Positions 1 through 9,060 of a DNA stretch of 64,000 nt are shown here, in pieces (position 1 is the stretch's first letter; the number at the start of each line of letters is the position of its first letter). Source of the stretch: a candidate division TM6 bacterium GW2011_GWF2_37_49 (lineage in GTDB: Bacteria > Babelota > Babeliae > Babelales > RVW-14); contig LBTE01000001.1 in assembly GCA_000989955.1 (NCBI GenBank), positions 206,615 through 270,614 on the forward strand. The letters run 5' to 3'. Under the pieces are notes generated by a model that saw only the letters and a list, made by a program, of their open reading frames with translations, was not told the origin of the DNA and did no database searches. Made by a program: the position numbers and the translations under genes.

Positions 1-122
1 CCGACTAGCTCAAGTAAATTTACAATTTTAAGCGGGGAATCGAGTAGTAAAAGCCCTCAAATTCTCATTCCATTCTAGCAAACTAAACCTTTATGTCTAG
101 ATATAATCTCAACTTGGGCTAC

Positions 123-869
123 TTAACTCAGGCACTTAATTATTATTTCCCAGATTGGGTCAATTTTTTCGACCATTTTATCGAAGGCACCATTTTTTTT
201 GGTAACAAATGAGTGTAATTCTTTGATGTCAGATTTGTCTAGCACGCAGGATAAATATTTTTCAAAATTTTCGCTAAGAGAGCTGAGGGTAGTGCTTTCT
301 AGCCCTAAGCTGTACTCAAATAGTTGTTTTAGTGCTGGATTTACTTTCTGCATTATATCCTGAAACTTTTCATTTTTTGACAATGATGGCTTTTCGCATA
401 ATTGGATAGTGCTTTTTGTTTCATCTGGTATAAAGCTTGAGATATATGTTAAAACGTCCAGAAGGTCCGCCGTTTCATGTTTTGAAAGCTGAAGAATTTG
501 TAAATCTTCGGCCTTAATTTTGGCTATTAGATTCAGCAAAATGTAGCCTAATTTTAAAAAGAGCTTTTTATTTTTTAACTTAAATCTTGTTAATTCAAAA
601 AACTGAGCTCCGTTACATGAAGAGATAATGTAAACGCAGCTTTCTGATTTTGCGGCTTCTAGCTTGTTTTCTATTTCTTCAGAGTTTTCTTTGTGTTTTG
701 AAACGATATTTTTGGCAAATTTTATAAAATTTTTGATTTTAACATTATCTACGCTTTCACCAACCAAAGCCTCGTTGTCATTCTCGACTGAGTTGTGGAT
801 ATCGTTTGAATAAACGAGTTGGATTGTGGTTAAATACAAAATTAGTGTAAATAATAACTTTTTAAACAT
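123..869 (-). CDS. hypothetical secreted protein (N-terminal signal peptide)
   Basis: 248-aa ORF; hydrophobic N-terminus MFKKLLFTLILYLTTIQLVYS; no recognisable catalytic motif. Confidence 0.5.
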   Translation of the reverse strand: MFKKLLFTLILYLTTIQLVYSNDIHNSVENDNEALVGESVDNVKIKNFIKFAKNIVSKHKENSEEIENKLEAAKSESCVYIISSCNGAQFFELTRFKLKNKKLFLKLGYILLNLIAKIKAEDLQILQLSKHETADLLDVLTYISSFIPDETKSTIQLCEKPSLSKNEKFQDIMQKVNPALKQLFEYSLGLESTTLSSLSENFEKYLSCVLDKSDIKELHSFVTKKNGAFDKMVEKIDPIWEIIIKCLS

Positions 870-983
870 AACAAATGCCTTACATTTTCATATATTGACC
901 TGTATTTAAGAATGGCTCCATGCAGGCGAGTATTTATCTTTTCAGTGTTATAAGTATCAATTAATAAAGCCATAGCGTCAAGG

Positions 984-1028
984 CCATAAAGCTATATTTA
1001 TTCAATTTGAGTAAATATAGCTTTATGG
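984..1028. promoter_or_regulatory. 17-bp perfect inverted repeat with 11-nt spacer in divergent intergenic region
   Basis: ccataaagctatattta - ttcaatttgag - taaatatagctttatgg between divergently transcribed genes (123..869 minus, 1113..2771 plus). Confidence 0.4.
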
Positions 1029-1112
1029 TTTAAATTAATTACTTCAGAAAGTATTTTTTTGATGTTATTATGGATTAAATATTGCAAGTTTTTACTAAAA
1101 GAAGTTGTTTGA

Positions 1113-2771
1113 GTGATGTTAAGAAAAAGCAGCATTTTTATCCTATTATTTTTTGTTTTACCACATATAATATTTTCTGCATGCACGAAATCGTCAGGCA
1201 AGCATGCCTCTAAAGTACAATTAGAGAAATTTGTTCACATGGCGAATTTGTCATCAGATTGGTACCCGCAACAGTCAGAATCCCTTGAAAAAGAACTAAA
1301 CGCGTATTTCGAACAAGCAAAAAGAGATTTTAACATAGTTGTGGATGGTGATAAAATTAAGGCGTTAATTGTGCCTCATGCTGGATATTATTATTCGGGT
1401 CTTTGTTCTGCTTGTGCTTATCGGGCGCTGCTTGACAAAAATGGTGATAAAAATAAACATATTTCAAGGGTGATTGTTCTTTGTCCGAGCCACAGAGTTT
1501 TTTTAAACAATATTGCCTTGCCAGACTACAATGTTTATCAAACCTGTTTGGGGCAGCTAGACGTTGATACGCAGGCGATAAATATTTTAGGTAAGTCAAG
1601 TTCTGTGTTTAGGACCCATGCGGATGCTCACAATATTGAGCATGCAATTGAGGTGCAGTTGCCATTTTTGCAAAAAACTATCAATAATTTCAAAATAGTT
1701 CCACTTATAGTTGGACACCTAACCCAAGATTCGTTTCATGAAGCCGCCATGGCTATTAAAAAAATAGTGAATGACGCGACATTGGTTGTGGTAAGCTCAG
1801 ATTTTACACATTTTGGAAAGACTTACGAATATTTGCCATTTTCAAAGCTTGTATTTCATCAGGTTCGGTATTTGGATTCATTGGCTATACAGGCTATAAC
1901 AGGGCTTTCCGGTTATGGCTTTGAGCAATTTTTGCATGATACCCACGCAACAATTTGTGGTCAAATGCCAATAAATGTACTACTAGGCCTTTCTAGCCTT
2001 GGTGTTTATAAAAGTTTAAATTCTAGACTTGCTTGTTACTACAATTCCGCCCAGCTTAAAAAAGCAATAAATGGCAATGTTATTAATTCTGATATTTTGC
2101 TAAATCCAGTATCCGATCTTGAGTGCGAAGGCTGCGTAAGTTATGCAAGCATCATTTTTACGGAACATGCGGTTGGTGAGCTCAGCCGTGAAGATGTGCT
2201 TTCTGATTATGATAAAAAATCTTTATTAAAGCTTGCTAGGCAGGTGATAGTAAATGCTTTTAGGTTAGACATCGATAAAATTCCAGAGCATCTAATTTAT
2301 CCAGTTATTACGCCAACAATTCAACTAGCTTCTGGTGCTTTTGTCACGCTGAATACCAAAAATGGAGATTTGCGAGGATGCATAGGTCAAATTTGGGCAA
2401 ATAAACCACTCTATCAAATAGTGGCAGAAATGGCGTTAGCGTCGGCTTTTAACGATTCAAGATTTTCACCATTAAAAAAAGAAGAACTTGATAATATTGT
2501 AATCGATATTACAATTCTTACTGTGCCCAGGAAAGTAGGTAATTACAAAGAGATTCAAATAGGTCGAGACGGTGTTATTCTTAATAAAATTGATGCGTCT
2601 GGACAAGTTAAGGCGACAGCAGTTTTTTTGCCTCAAGTCCCTGGGCAGTTTGGGTGGAATCTTGCAACGACGCTTGAGCATTTAAGCCAAAAAGCAGGTT
2701 TAGGTAAGAATGATTGGCAGCACGATTGTGAGTTTGAAGTATTTGAGGGCTTTGAAATCAGAGAGAAATAA
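1113..2771 (+). CDS. Memo-like (AmmeMemoRadiSam system protein B) fused to AMMECR1 domain; N-terminal lipoprotein-type signal
   Basis: IVPHAGYYYSG...VIVLCPSHR Memo/UPF0103 signature in N-half; C-half GAFVTLN...LRGCIG AMMECR1 signature; N-terminus LLFFVLPHIIFSAC resembles signal peptide plus lipobox. Confidence 0.6.
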   Translation: MMLRKSSIFILLFFVLPHIIFSACTKSSGKHASKVQLEKFVHMANLSSDWYPQQSESLEKELNAYFEQAKRDFNIVVDGDKIKALIVPHAGYYYSGLCSACAYRALLDKNGDKNKHISRVIVLCPSHRVFLNNIALPDYNVYQTCLGQLDVDTQAINILGKSSSVFRTHADAHNIEHAIEVQLPFLQKTINNFKIVPLIVGHLTQDSFHEAAMAIKKIVNDATLVVVSSDFTHFGKTYEYLPFSKLVFHQVRYLDSLAIQAITGLSGYGFEQFLHDTHATICGQMPINVLLGLSSLGVYKSLNSRLACYYNSAQLKKAINGNVINSDILLNPVSDLECEGCVSYASIIFTEHAVGELSREDVLSDYDKKSLLKLARQVIVNAFRLDIDKIPEHLIYPVITPTIQLASGAFVTLNTKNGDLRGCIGQIWANKPLYQIVAEMALASAFNDSRFSPLKKEELDNIVIDITILTVPRKVGNYKEIQIGRDGVILNKIDASGQVKATAVFLPQVPGQFGWNLATTLEHLSQKAGLGKNDWQHDCEFEVFEGFEIREK

Positions 2772-3968
2772 ATGGCTATAAAAAATGTGATCATAGGTGC
2801 ATCTGCTGCAGGTATTGCATGTGCAACAAAATTACGTGAGTTGAGTAAAGAGATAGACATTCTTGTTATTGATTCGGAAGAAAAACTTCCATGTAACAGG
2901 TGTCTGTTGTCGGATTTACTGTCTGGTAACAAAACTGAGCAGGAGATTCTTGTCAGAAAGCAAGAAGATTTTAGATTACAAAATATTGATTTAATGCTTG
3001 AAACGAGGGTGAAAGAGATTCTTCCTCAAGAAAATTGTGTAAAAATACATAACGGCCAAAAAATATATTATGATAAGCTCTTTTTGGGAACTGGTAAAAC
3101 TGGCTTTATACCCAATATTTCTGGATCTTCCAAAAAAGGGGCTTTTTCTTTTTATGGTCTATCGGATATAAAGGCGATTCTTAATTTTATTCAAAGTAAT
3201 TCCGTAAAACACATTACTGTCATTGGAGCAGGCCTGACAGGCCTAGAGTGTGCGGCCGCCTTATTAGATCGTGGTTTTGAGGTGGCGCTAGTTGAGCGTA
3301 GCTCCCATGTTTTGCCATATCAGATTGACGTTGAAGGTGCCAAAATAATTCAAGCTTTGATGAAAAAATACAAAATTTCGTTTTATCCTGGTCAGATAGT
3401 TGAAGAGATTAATGGTGACGGACTTGTTAATGAAGTGATACTTTCAGAACAAGGCCCTCTTAAAACTGACATGGTAATTTTTTCGATTGGTGGCAGGCCT
3501 AATATTCAAATCGCTCTTAGGGCAGGGCTTGAGACTTTGCCGCAAGGGATTGTAACTAAGCCAACAATGCAGACTAGCATAGATAATATTTTTGCAGGAG
3601 GCGACAGTTGCGCGGTTCGTGACATTATCTCCGGTGACACTGTTCAAAATTGCTTGTGGACAGAGGCAGCCATGCAGGGCATGGTTGCGGCACATAACAT
3701 GCTTGGCATAAAAAAAGAATATCCAGGGGTGCTTGCGATAACCAGCTCCAATCTATTTGGTACACCAATTGTTTCATGCGGCCAGATGGGTAGACACTCC
3801 GAGACTTATAAGGAAACGGTCAAACGCGGTGACAATTTTTATCAAATGTATTTAACTGATAACAAAACGCTTGTTGGCTTTGCAATGATCGGCAAGACAG
3901 AAAATATTGGCATGTTAAGAAGGGCGTTAATCGACAAAACACCTTTTAATGTTGATAATGTTTCCTAA
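2772..3968 (+). CDS. FAD/NAD(P)-dependent pyridine nucleotide-disulfide family oxidoreductase (NADH oxidase/rubredoxin-reductase-like)
   Basis: Two Rossmann GxGxxG motifs (VIIGASAAGIACA; VIGAGLTGLECAA); ATG immediately follows TAA of upstream gene (coupled). Confidence 0.6.
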   Translation: MAIKNVIIGASAAGIACATKLRELSKEIDILVIDSEEKLPCNRCLLSDLLSGNKTEQEILVRKQEDFRLQNIDLMLETRVKEILPQENCVKIHNGQKIYYDKLFLGTGKTGFIPNISGSSKKGAFSFYGLSDIKAILNFIQSNSVKHITVIGAGLTGLECAAALLDRGFEVALVERSSHVLPYQIDVEGAKIIQALMKKYKISFYPGQIVEEINGDGLVNEVILSEQGPLKTDMVIFSIGGRPNIQIALRAGLETLPQGIVTKPTMQTSIDNIFAGGDSCAVRDIISGDTVQNCLWTEAAMQGMVAAHNMLGIKKEYPGVLAITSSNLFGTPIVSCGQMGRHSETYKETVKRGDNFYQMYLTDNKTLVGFAMIGKTENIGMLRRALIDKTPFNVDNVS

Positions 3969-4039
3969 TCAAATACTATTACTTGATCGTAGATTTGTAG
4001 TTCAATAAAATTTAGAATCGCCGATTCGTCAAATGATTG

Positions 4040-4195
4040 ATTGTTAGTGGCATACATTGACTGTGCTTGTCAATGTATGCGATTGCATGAGGTCTGTAGT
4101 GAAATTGATAAGTTTTTAGATGTGGCCTGCCGGCATTGATTGGATGCAGGCAGGCGAATGATTTTTTAAAAAATTGTAAAAACGCTGTGTGATGT
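4040..4195 (-). repeat. dispersed composite intergenic repeat, copy 1 (full-length, minus orientation)
   Basis: Reverse complement contains tcaatgccggcaggccacatctaaaaacttatcaatttcac plus flanking gcaggcgaatgatttttt and catacattgac palindrome. Confidence 0.7.
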
Positions 4196-4711
4196 TTATA
4201 CCCATCGGCCGGATGTACATAGCGTCAAATAACGCTCCTCATCCCTAAATTCACGATGTCTTACGACATAGGACTGAATTTCTTTGAGGTCATCAATCAG
4301 ATCAATTGATTTGTCAAGAGTCATTTGAATTTGTTTGCAGTCTTTATACTTATTCAAAGGATCAATTAAGCTATTTAAGCGTTGAATGTTGTTTTTCAAT
4401 ATTTCGTTGTATTTGTGAAAAGGTATTCTTTCTGGTGATACGGATTTTAATACGCTTTCCCAAAAAGTTGATATATATTTTTTGTCCCCAACAACTTCGC
4501 CAAGCAAATCTTTTATTTTTAGCTGGTCGGTTTCATGTTTGATCAAGTCAAACTCTTGCTCATAATTTTGGTATATCGACTCACAGAGAGAAGCCGCTTG
4601 TGTCTGAAGGCGCTGGCTTTTTTCTTGAGGTGTTTCGTGTTTGCCGCAGCCTGTTATCAAAATTGCCAGGAGCAGGCAAGATAGCCTTATTATTTTATTG
4701 AGCAAATTCAT
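4196..4711 (-). CDS. hypothetical lipoprotein
   Basis: Signal peptide with lipobox LLAILITGC; 171 aa. Confidence 0.45.
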   Translation of the reverse strand: MNLLNKIIRLSCLLLAILITGCGKHETPQEKSQRLQTQAASLCESIYQNYEQEFDLIKHETDQLKIKDLLGEVVGDKKYISTFWESVLKSVSPERIPFHKYNEILKNNIQRLNSLIDPLNKYKDCKQIQMTLDKSIDLIDDLKEIQSYVVRHREFRDEERYLTLCTSGRWV

Positions 4712-4714
4712 TGT

Positions 4715-5227
4715 TTACTTTCCGCTCAATCTAACTTTATAGCAGTATGGGCAAAATTTGTATCCAGACTGGGCGCCAAATTTACTTCCACATTCGCGAC
4801 AATGTTTATATCTAATCAATCTGCCACCGCACTTTGGGCAACTTTGTGCGCCAAGTATTGTGACTTTTTTGCTGCAATCAACGCACCAGCGATCGTAAGA
4901 CTGCTTAAGTAGCTCATTTTCCTCTTCTAGTTGTTCAATTTTTTCGTGTTGGCGTTGTACTCTGCGTTGTTGTATTATTTTACGCTCTTTTTCTTCTTGC
5001 CTGTCTGCAGGTTTACCCATTTCACGTCCGGCAATGTTACCAACTAAGCCACCAATAACTGCACCAGTTGCACGATCGTGCTTACCTGCAACAGCAGCGC
5101 CAACAAGGGCGCCCGCAGCGGTTCCAAACATTCCGCCGGCTGTTTCATTTTTACCGCATCCAGCAAGAGCTAATAATAAAATTCCTGGGAGAAAAAAGAA
5201 TAAAACGGCCTTCAAGTTTTTCAACAT
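4715..5227 (-). CDS. glycine-zipper lipoprotein with C-terminal Cys-rich zinc-ribbon-like domain
   Basis: Lipobox LALAGC; Gly-zipper GTAAGALVGAAVAG...GAVIGGLVGNIAG; coiled-coil; C-terminal CVDC...CPKC...CREC...CPYC. Confidence 0.5.
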   Translation of the reverse strand: MLKNLKAVLFFFLPGILLLALAGCGKNETAGGMFGTAAGALVGAAVAGKHDRATGAVIGGLVGNIAGREMGKPADRQEEKERKIIQQRRVQRQHEKIEQLEEENELLKQSYDRWCVDCSKKVTILGAQSCPKCGGRLIRYKHCRECGSKFGAQSGYKFCPYCYKVRLSGK

Positions 5228-5273
5228 ACAATACCTCTATTTTAAATTTAAAACTGGGTCTAATGATTAGTCT

Positions 5274-6056
5274 CTAAAATTTTTCTACAGACGATTGATC
5301 TATCCATCCATTTTGTCCGTTGATTTTAATCTTGAAAAATCCGTCAACAGCCTTTTCAATTACAACCTCTGATGCTTCTGGGATAAAACATAAAACCTGA
5401 TAGTTTTGCCCTGGACCAGAGTATAGATTGGCATTTTTACTTACAACGACGCCATGCTCTTTTATTTCAAAATTATACTTTATTACTAAGATTAAACCAA
5501 AAATTGCAATGGTTGTAAACAGCAGTAGAATTAGAGACTTTCTTTTTGTTCTAAATAAATTCCGTATGAATAAAAACGCTAAAACCCAAAGCAATAAAAA
5601 CACAAGCTGTAAAAACAAAAGCGGTGTTGAATGTATAAAAAATTCAAAGTAAATCCTCAAATTTTGAATTTTTTGCAAAAAAGCCTCATTTTTATACTTC
5701 TCTTTTGCGTTAGCACTGCTTTCGTGAAGCTTGTTTTTGAGTAATTTGATATTGTTTAAAAGCTCTGATCCACCAATTAAGCCCAAGTTTCGCTCTGCTC
5801 GTCGCCAGTAAGCGAGCGCATAGCCGTAGTTGGATTGTTTGTATGCGCAGTTTCCCATGTCGTAGCTTACAACTGCTCCAGGGTTTGGAATTTTTTTGTA
5901 AAGCGTTAACGCTTCTTCGAATTTGTCCTTTTTATAAAGCTCATTTGCTCTATGAAAATAATCGGCATAAATTGACTGCTCTTGATTCTGAGGATAAGAA
6001 GCAGCAAAAAACAATGTGCAAATTGTGAGTAAATTTAATATTTTTCTATAAAACAT
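5274..6056 (-). CDS. batE: BatE-like protein (TPR + TM + bacterial SH3 domain)
   Basis: TPR-like N-terminus, central TM helices, C-terminal SH3b-like segment (LYSGPGQNYQVL...INGQNGWI); last gene of vWA/TPR Bat-like operon. Confidence 0.45.
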   Translation of the reverse strand: MFYRKILNLLTICTLFFAASYPQNQEQSIYADYFHRANELYKKDKFEEALTLYKKIPNPGAVVSYDMGNCAYKQSNYGYALAYWRRAERNLGLIGGSELLNNIKLLKNKLHESSANAKEKYKNEAFLQKIQNLRIYFEFFIHSTPLLFLQLVFLLLWVLAFLFIRNLFRTKRKSLILLLFTTIAIFGLILVIKYNFEIKEHGVVVSKNANLYSGPGQNYQVLCFIPEASEVVIEKAVDGFFKIKINGQNGWIDQSSVEKF

Positions 6057-6086
6057 GGAAGGACTCCGCTTTTTGAGTCTAAAAGC

Positions 6087-7928
6087 TTACTTTGTTAATA
6101 TTATAATCCAGTATTCGCCTTTTTTAAATAAACTTTCTCCAAGGCTAGCGTCTAATCGATTTGAATTTTTTATAAAATGTAGACTGGCGCAATCATTTAA
6201 AAAGTCTAAAAATTCACTAAATTTGCCGTCTTCAAGGCCTAAATCGGCAAGTTTTTCTGCTATTTTGTCGTGAGATATTTCCTGCAATTGTAGATCAAAT
6301 TTTACAGCCAAAAATTTTAAAAAAAATGAATAAAGCTGTTCAGGTTTTTGGTTTTGTTTTATTTTTTCAAAATCAACAGAAAGCCTTTTAAGCGATGACT
6401 TTTTTGAGGCAAGTTTAAATATTGGCTTTGTTTTTAATAAATATCGTATTGTTTTAGTGATTTTTGTATAAAAAAGTGCAGGCAGCAGTAAAAATATTAT
6501 TAGCAGCCACCATGGTATGGCCCAACCATTTCTTTTGATTATAAGCCCGTCCAGTTCAATAAAATTAATTTCTTTATTTTCTAAAGGTTGTTGTGGTTTT
6601 TCTTCCTCGATTTGTTGGCCAATTTCTGGTTGGATTTTGGATTTTTCATGATTTGGCAGTTCTCCGATAGGTTGCGTTATTTGCAAAACTATAGGCGTAG
6701 ACTCTAAGATTTTTACTTTTTTTGTTTCTGTGTCTAGATAAGTAAATTTTTGTGCAGGAATCGTTACTTCGCCGGATTTGCTAACTTGAATTACAAATTC
6801 GAAAGCTTTTTTCCCAGCAAATGGTCCATTGGAAGGATTTTCTTTAAAATCTGTTTTGGATTCATAGCTTTTAATAAATTGTTCCAACGTTAATTTTGGA
6901 GTCATTATTTGTTCAAAATTGCCTTCGCCTTCAATTTCTAATGTTAATTTGATGGCCTCATTTAGCAGAGCTGTCGTTTTGTCGACTGAACTTTTAAATT
7001 TTGCAAATTTACCTACGCCATCCGTACCACTTTGAACGTCATTGGGATTGGCTACATTAATTTGTATTCCATTACTTACTGCCTTTTTTGGAACAAGCCT
7101 TGCCTGATCAAAAAATCCACCAAAATTAAAAAAATCATCGTTGAACATTCCACGTAATCGGCCTCTTTGTTGTTCTGGTACATGATAAATAACAGTTGCT
7201 GGTCCTATTTTTTGTGCACCACTTTCCAGCGGAATTAAATAATATTTTTTTTCGTGCACAACGTAAGGTTTGCCATTTTGTACGGCCTCTTTACTTTCAA
7301 CTTGTTCAAGCTCCTTTGCCTGAAATCCTTTAAATGTTATTGGCTCCATTCCAATTTTGTGTATGCGTCCATGACATTTAATCTTAAGTATGGCAGTTAT
7401 TGGTTCACCAACAAAAATATTTTTTTTATCAATTACAAACTCGCACTCTGCAAAATTTTCTGCAGAATTGCCTTCATGATCATTTTTTTCTTTAAAATTT
7501 TCCGGACGTTTAATTACTCTAAAATGAACTGTGTTTGAGCGAATAAAGCTACCATTTTGTTGAACCTCAGCAGGTCCGATATCAAAAGCTCCTTCATTCT
7601 CAGCGCAAACTTCATAATTATGTGATTGATCAGCTGTAAATTTGCCGTTAATCATCACAATATTTGAGCTTGAGTTTTTGCCAACAATTTGTAATTTTTC
7701 AATACCATTTATTTTTATATCACCTGTGCTATCGTTTGCATTTTTAGCTGTGACCGTTAACCCAAATTTTTCGCCAGCAAAGACTGTGTTTTGGGCATCT
7801 TTTTCGCCTGGCAGTGTAATTTTTTTTGCGTCAGTTAGCTCTAAAATTAATTCTGTTGCAGGTAGTGTTTTTATTGTTAGAAATACTAAAAAAATACGTA
7901 TACCTACTTTAAGCAATAATTTATTCAT
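6087..7928 (-). CDS. batD: BatD-like oxygen-tolerance protein
   Basis: 613 aa, N-terminal signal peptide, C-terminal TM (WWLLIIFLLLPALFY), position between BatC- and BatE-like genes. Confidence 0.45.
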   Translation of the reverse strand: MNKLLLKVGIRIFLVFLTIKTLPATELILELTDAKKITLPGEKDAQNTVFAGEKFGLTVTAKNANDSTGDIKINGIEKLQIVGKNSSSNIVMINGKFTADQSHNYEVCAENEGAFDIGPAEVQQNGSFIRSNTVHFRVIKRPENFKEKNDHEGNSAENFAECEFVIDKKNIFVGEPITAILKIKCHGRIHKIGMEPITFKGFQAKELEQVESKEAVQNGKPYVVHEKKYYLIPLESGAQKIGPATVIYHVPEQQRGRLRGMFNDDFFNFGGFFDQARLVPKKAVSNGIQINVANPNDVQSGTDGVGKFAKFKSSVDKTTALLNEAIKLTLEIEGEGNFEQIMTPKLTLEQFIKSYESKTDFKENPSNGPFAGKKAFEFVIQVSKSGEVTIPAQKFTYLDTETKKVKILESTPIVLQITQPIGELPNHEKSKIQPEIGQQIEEEKPQQPLENKEINFIELDGLIIKRNGWAIPWWLLIIFLLLPALFYTKITKTIRYLLKTKPIFKLASKKSSLKRLSVDFEKIKQNQKPEQLYSFFLKFLAVKFDLQLQEISHDKIAEKLADLGLEDGKFSEFLDFLNDCASLHFIKNSNRLDASLGESLFKKGEYWIIILTK

Positions 7929-7963
7929 TTGTGGGCCTTTGTTCTCTAAAAATGTTCACAAAA

Positions 7964-9040
7964 TTACCAGGGTTTTTGATTTGATTTTAAAGGCTTTTGT
8001 GTATCTTGTGTTTTTTGGATAACTCTAACTTTTTGTAAATTTGACTCATAGTTTTGTAGGTTGTCAAGAATTGCACGCATTGCTTTTTGCTTGGCGGTCT
8101 CTTGCTTGTTATCACCTTTTTGAGCTGCATGAATTGATGCTTGTTCTGCTTGTTCTTGCTTTTGTTGGCCTGACTGGTTACCATGTTGTTGGTTGTTTTG
8201 TTGTTGCTCTTGCTCTTGATTGGATTGGCCATCATCATGTTTAAGATCTTGCTGTTTTTCGTTTTGATCTTTACCTTGGTCAGATTTTTTTTGATCCCTG
8301 CCGGCTCGCTTATCATCGGGTTGGCTAGAACTGTCTTTTTTGTCTTGTGTTGGCTGCTGTTGTTGATTTTGCTTATTATCTCGTTCTTTACTGTCTCGCG
8401 ATGAATCCTGGTTTGGTTGCCGTTGTTGTGGGTTATTGTCCTGGTCTTTATTTTCAGTTTTTTGATTTTGCTGATCTTGTTTCTGATCTTGATTTTGGTC
8501 AGACTTATCCTTTTTGTCTTGCTGATTTTGTTGTTGCTGCTTCATTTTTTCTTGTAAAACTTTTAACGTATCTTTGGCTTTTTTTAAGTTGGATGTACCA
8601 TGAATATTTTTTTTATTTATCTCCAACAAATTTTCATAATTTTTAATTGAATCTTTTACCTCTTGTATTGACTGTGTTAATTTTGTTTGATCAACTTCAA
8701 CATCTTTATTTGACCAGTTAACCGGCAGCATTGATAATCCGTTTTTGTAAAAACTGTTAGCAAGATTAAAGTACCCGCGCTCTTTCAACTTCTTATTTTT
8801 AGCGTGGATTAGGCATCTTTGAAAATTGCTTTTGGCTTGGTAAAATTTCTCTGTTTTATAAAGAGCCACTCCAAGATTGTAATTGATATACGGATCGGTT
8901 GGATTGTTAATTTGTTCAACTACTAAATCCTGAACGTTTTGATCTGGTGGAAGATTTGAGTAGTTTTTAAATAGACTAAAAGCCATCAAATTAGTTGAAA
9001 GCAGAAGTAAATAAATCAATAAATACTTGAATAGATTCAT
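7964..9040 (-). CDS. batC: BatC-like TPR protein with long Q/D/K/N-rich low-complexity region
   Basis: TPR repeat (NYNLGVALYKTEKFYQAKSNFQRCL...); probable start MNLFKYLL (signal peptide) at 9040 with AGGAA RBS; ~170-aa QDKN-rich disordered tract. Confidence 0.5.
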   Translation of the reverse strand: MNLFKYLLIYLLLLSTNLMAFSLFKNYSNLPPDQNVQDLVVEQINNPTDPYINYNLGVALYKTEKFYQAKSNFQRCLIHAKNKKLKERGYFNLANSFYKNGLSMLPVNWSNKDVEVDQTKLTQSIQEVKDSIKNYENLLEINKKNIHGTSNLKKAKDTLKVLQEKMKQQQQNQQDKKDKSDQNQDQKQDQQNQKTENKDQDNNPQQRQPNQDSSRDSKERDNKQNQQQQPTQDKKDSSSQPDDKRAGRDQKKSDQGKDQNEKQQDLKHDDGQSNQEQEQQQNNQQHGNQSGQQKQEQAEQASIHAAQKGDNKQETAKQKAMRAILDNLQNYESNLQKVRVIQKTQDTQKPLKSNQKPW

Positions 9041-9060
9041 ACCTAAATTCCTGTTAATTT

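Noticed and set aside
5034-5277. Two overlapping plus-strand ORFs (78 and 69 aa)
   Set aside because: They are antisense to the Gly-zipper lipoprotein gene; the GC-rich Gly/Ala codons generate an open reverse frame.
8100-8560. Highly repetitive, low-complexity nucleotide stretch that could be mistaken for a CRISPR-like or tandem-repeat array
   Set aside because: It lies inside the BatC-like ORF and encodes a continuous Q/D/K/N-rich peptide in frame. There are no regular direct repeats with unique spacers.
7987-8646. Several 70-110-aa ORFs on both strands within 7987-8646
   Set aside because: They are shadow ORFs inside the BatC-like low-complexity coding region, with no RBS or independent support.
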